This document shows, piece by piece, positions 35,951 to 39,326 of a stretch of DNA of 39,326 bases (position 1 is its first letter; each line of letters opens with the position of its first letter). The DNA comes from Catajapyx aquilonaris (taxonomy: Eukaryota). The stretch spans positions 1-39,326 of the forward strand of contig KZ538945.1 of the NCBI GenBank assembly GCA_000934665.2. The letters run 5' to 3'. The position numbers and the translations under genes are program-made. Under the pieces are notes generated by a model. The model searched no databases, had not been told where the DNA came from, and saw only the letters and a program-made list of their open reading frames with translations.

Positions 35951-36759
35951 TGAGGGCCAGTCAAAAGAAAGTGAGATTGATTTTTTATGTGATAAAGAGA
36001 ATTAGTTCATGACTTGCGGTGAATGGCATCATGTCCAGAATGGATTGACTAGAACACCAATAATTCTTGTTCGAATATTCCACGATCCCAGGCACTATAT
36101 GCCAGAAGGTCGGCGGTTTTGCTTCCATTTGAAGACAACAGCGATGGGGGCAAGACATTCAGCAAGGGTCCGTACTCGGCTTTCAAAAAGACAGGTTCGC
36201 AGACTCCATCAGAGTTCTTAGAGGAGATCATTAACACCACAGGTGCAGTAATTGTCCGGGAAGATTGCCTCATGACCATCGATGACGTTGCGAGAATGAT
36301 TAGTAGGCTACCTCCAGTGGTAGTGCCCACACGATTTTGCATTGATCATTTGCACATGCGATGCACCCGATGTGATGGGGGTCCCAAGCTGTTGACTTGG
36401 GAGAAGCACATGCGGTTGGAGGTTTGCGAAGACTGCAACGTATTGTGGCATCACATGGTGACCAGTATCTGCTGTTCACATTGTTAGCATGTTATACACC
36501 TCTTTGGCTGTTTTATTCAACAAAACCTCAACGCTGAATTTAGGTCCTTACCTCCGACCTCTGGCAGAGCAGAGGCGAATGTGAACCTAGGTCTACTTCC
36601 GGTGTCACCATCGCCTGGGATTTTGGAATATTCGAACAAGAATTGGTGTTCTAATACTTCAATCCATACTGGGCACGATGCCATTCACCGCGAGTCATGA
36701 AGTAATATATTCTATTTATCACATAAAAATCAGTCTCAACTTCTTTTGACTGGCCCTCG
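35951..36759. mobile_element. Non-autonomous mariner derivative with long (>160 bp) inverted arms
   Basis: TA|TGAGGGCCAGTCAAAAGAA ... TTCTTTTGACTGGCCCTCG|TA (mariner TA|CGAGGG terminus, with CpG decay at the left). Arms align over 35951-36093 / 36613-36759 and again at GCCAGA(A)GGTCGG (36101-36117 / 36550-36566). Confidence 0.9.
36117..36440 (+). pseudogene. Frameshifted mariner transposase N-terminal fragment (two HTH regions and WVP linker)
   Basis: FCFHLKTTA (36117-36143; compare Mos1 FCFHLKKTAAE, from memory), VREDCLMTIDDVARMI, SSGSAHTIL/DHLHMR and (W.)PKLLT..KHMRLEVC appear in order across frameshifts. No DD34D catalytic domain is present. Confidence 0.8.
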
Positions 36760-36987
36760 TACTTTCACCCTATTTTTGCCTCTCCTGTGACATTTCTAAA
36801 ATGATATATTCGCCCTTTCTACGTACTTAATGCCGACGATTATGGCATTTAGCACTAACTTTTCCGGGCATTTGTTCAAAAAAATGACATTTTGTTTTCC
36901 ACAATAATCTAACCATAGTACTACTGTGCTGACATATGTATACGTTAGGCTAAAACCCTGAAATCGCTCACGGAGCGAAAAATCCGG

Positions 36988-37095
36988 CCAGACCTAGGTC
37001 TGGTTGTTTGCAAACCATCCAGACTTAGATGTGAACGTTTTAAAACTGCCAGACCTAGGTCTGGTCTGTTTTAAAACAGCCACCGCTAGTTCTGG
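36988..37095. repeat. ~31-bp-period array of alternating palindromes
   Basis: CCAGACCTAGGTCTGG-like units at 36988, 37019, 37049 and 37080, separated by GTTTGCAAAC, GTTTTAAAAC and CTGTTTTAAAACAG. Confidence 0.85.
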
Positions 37096-37230
37096 TCGTT
37101 ACTGCTTTTCATATACATGTGGATTTGGAGGCCATGAAGAGATGGATGGAGCCCTTTGTGTTGGTGTAACTGTGGGGCTTTGGGTTGGCCGGGTCAAGAC
37201 CGTCCTTTGTTGTGGCCCTGCCGGTCCGTC

Positions 37231-37763
37231 GAACTGCCCGATAATTTTTGTTAGTTGCGAGCGTAGCACTTAAGGCCCGCCGCAAATGAGGAAATATGGG
37301 AGGGAGGCAACTTGCACGCACATATCGAAGTATTCATGTTGCCCGCCAGAGGGTACAAGTGTCGCGCCCCAACCCAGCCCATTCCAGCCCGCCCAGATCG
37401 GCTCCAAATTTCTTGGCTTCAAGAAATCTGCACACGCTCGCTGCCCCAGAAGAGCGCATGCGCTGTGCCGTCCTGGGTGGGTGGGCAGGCAATAAGTTGC
37501 CCCCAGATTTCCTCATTTGCGCCGGCCCTATTGTGTGTTGCGCATGTGCCCAACATTACTGGATGTCTTGTGCCGGACAACAAATGTTATTGTGGCTTTT
37601 CCAAGCACATTCCAGCGATTGGCCAAGCCACAATAACGTTCGTTGGCCTGCGGCGCACAAAGACGGACAATATTGTTGGGCGGATACACAACCCACAATA
37701 AGTGCTCAGCTCGCAACGCTCGCAACTAACTAAAAAAAAGTGTGGCGTATGTCGGGTTCCAGT
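37231..37763. mobile_element. Degenerate fold-back element whose left arm is split by a Harbinger-type MITE
   Basis: Left arm GTTAGTTGCGAGCGTAGCACT[insert]TATTGTGTGTTG..CCCAACA..GTTATTGTGGCTT pairs with AAGCCACAATAAC..TGTTGGG..CAACCCACAATAAGTGCT..ACGCTCGCAACTAAC. Outer limits are approximate. Confidence 0.7.
37274..37528. mobile_element. PIF/Harbinger-type MITE
   Basis: TAA|GGCCCGCCGCAAATGAGGAAATATGGG ... CCCAGATTTCCTCATTTGCGCCGGCCC|TAT; 3-bp TSD with one mismatch. Confidence 0.8.
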
Positions 37764-38340
37764 TGTGTCTTGCAACAACTCCAGAAATCCCATGCAGTAT
37801 TTTTCTGGGCCTACTCTGCCACATTTTAAAAAGCGGCATATTGTCTGCCACGTGATTTGTGTACCTTTCCTGGCTAGAGTAGGTTAACGCGCCACCACAG
37901 ACGGCCAGGGGGTTGGTGGTGGCTGGGGGCGGTGGCTGTGTCGCAAAAACCATGGTCTTAGAATACTAATGTCTGGTCACTCCCTCTTATCGCCTGCTCT
38001 TATCGTGTTTTGCATGAGGTGCTCACTTGAGAGCGCCATGAGACAGCTTTCAGTGCTACAATATGTGGCGACCCTACCGGACCGCGCTGAACTTAGGTAG
38101 AAGGGAAGCCTCTACATGGCCGCCGGAGACCATGTTGGGTCCCCCAATGCAGCACTTCCCTTTTGTAGCTATAAAGTTCAGCGCGGTCCGGTAGGGTCGC
38201 CACATAATATAGCAGGGAAATGTCTCATGGCGTTCTCAAGTGAGCACCTCATGCAAAACGCCCCGTCAGGCGATAAGATTGTGGAAGTAGTGTCCGGGCT
38301 CCGGGGGCTGGCAAAAACGGAGCAGGCAGTCTGAAGGATG

Positions 38341-38402
38341 GGCGCGTGTATCCGCTGAAGATAGGTCTGCATCCGCAAGGAAGGTTAGGTTAGGTTAGGT
38401 TG
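38341..38402. mobile_element. Fragment carrying the shared GTGTATCCGCTGAAGATAGG + (TTAGG)n core
   Basis: CGTGTATCCGCTGAAGATAGGTCTGCATCCGCAAGGAAGG(TTAGG)3 matches the reverse complement of 21925-21990 and also 22070-22120. Termini not resolved. Confidence 0.7.
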
Positions 38403-39234
38403 GTACAGCATACCCCTTCCCGAATCCAAAAAATGCCAAATCCCAAAAAAACAATACATGCATCCTTGCGTTTGCGACACAGCCACTGCCCCCGTCCACT
38501 ACTCGCCTCCCGACTTTTGCGATGTCTCTCTTCCCTACTCCTTCCCCTTTCCTACCCAAATAGTAGAATCTTTTGTGACATACCGCATATTGTGCCTGAA
38601 ACCAGGAAATCAAGCTTATCCTGACCCTGCAGGGCTACCCAAGTGCCTCTTTTGTTCACCGGGAAGTCTAACAGCCAGGATAAAAATCTTCTAGTCCGCC
38701 CTGGTGTGTTCATATCCTGAAAATGATTACCCATTCAAAGTCTTGCCAAGATGGGTGCGAATCTGTGCCCTTTTAAAAATTCCTCCTCTTCCTTCTGCTT
38801 ATTTATGAACAACAGCGGTCTTCCATGAAATTAGCGAGTTTCCGCGAAAGGAATTCGAATCGAGATGAACTCTTGGGATAGGAGGGGGGTTCTATACAGA
38901 CGAAAGAGGTTGGAGGGGAAAGGNGGGGGGGGGGGACTGCTTGAGGAGAAACTTGTGTAGTAATTGCTGGTTGATTTGCTCAATCGATCTCTGGAAGAAT
39001 GCCAGGGGATGAGAGAGCCATAGATTTTCTTCCTCCGTTGCATTCTGTTACAGCGAAGGAATGTTGTGCTCCTTTTTACACGTATATTTATTCCCTGCAG
39101 TTTCAGGGGGAAACCGGGCTTTATTTCTTCCTTGCGATGTAATTTTGTCTTCCTCTTAAAGAACACACTACTGCACGTTATTCCTGGGTTTTTGGCAAGT
39201 TTTGCCGAAAATGAGCACTGGGTAGTGGTATATA

Positions 39235-39326
39235 CGAGGGCGGTTCAATAATTTATCTACCTGGGTATGAAAGCGTAGAGGTGCAAGTCCGAACTTGCAC
39301 AGACAGCTATATACATGTCTTGGGGT
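39235..39326. mobile_element. Probable end of another mariner-type element running off the window
   Basis: TA|CGAGGGCGGTTCAATAA is the same terminal class as 35951/36759; the partner TIR is not in the window. Confidence 0.5.

Noticed and set aside
36119..36487. 122-aa ORF with CxxC...CxxC, looking like a zinc-ribbon gene captured between TIRs
   Set aside because: The sequence resolves into frameshifted mariner transposase N-terminal motifs; the cysteine pattern is a product of decay and the ORF starts at TTG.
36988..37095. CRISPR-like array of palindromic repeats
   Set aside because: The spacers are only ~15 bp, similar to each other and themselves palindromic; there are no cas genes and the context is eukaryotic.
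1..39326. A novel multi-gene defence, metabolic or viral system
   Set aside because: There are no long intact ORFs, operon structure or recognisable protein domains other than transposon relics; the visible structure is explained by eukaryotic transposable elements.

Overview
This is eukaryotic, repeat-rich, non-coding DNA (intronic or intergenic) with two assembly gaps. It is most likely from an arthropod, inferred from (TTAGG/CCTAA)n inside elements and an Lm1/Talua-like SINE body. I recognise no intact protein-coding gene, and nearly all ORFs in the track are spurious. The window is a mosaic of short non-autonomous elements: Tc1/mariner-type (TA), PIF/Harbinger-type (TAA), hAT-type (8-bp TSD), Mutator-type (9-bp TSD) and TTAA-target MITEs, two Helitrons, four copies of a tRNA-derived SINE plus an older SINE relic, two putative solo LTRs, a LINE RT relic and a rearranged mariner. 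Several insertions are nested and have their empty site elsewhere in the window. The most notable observations are: a mariner derivative built from two facing 5' ends; a telomere-repeat core shared by MITEs with different termini; one SINE head and body carrying different 3' tails; internal module shuffling between Helitron copies; two pre-miRNA-sized near-perfect hairpins; an alternating-palindrome array; and one plausible isolated exon. I found no convincing evidence of a new multi-gene system. All alignments were done by eye and superfamily calls rest on termini and TSDs only.
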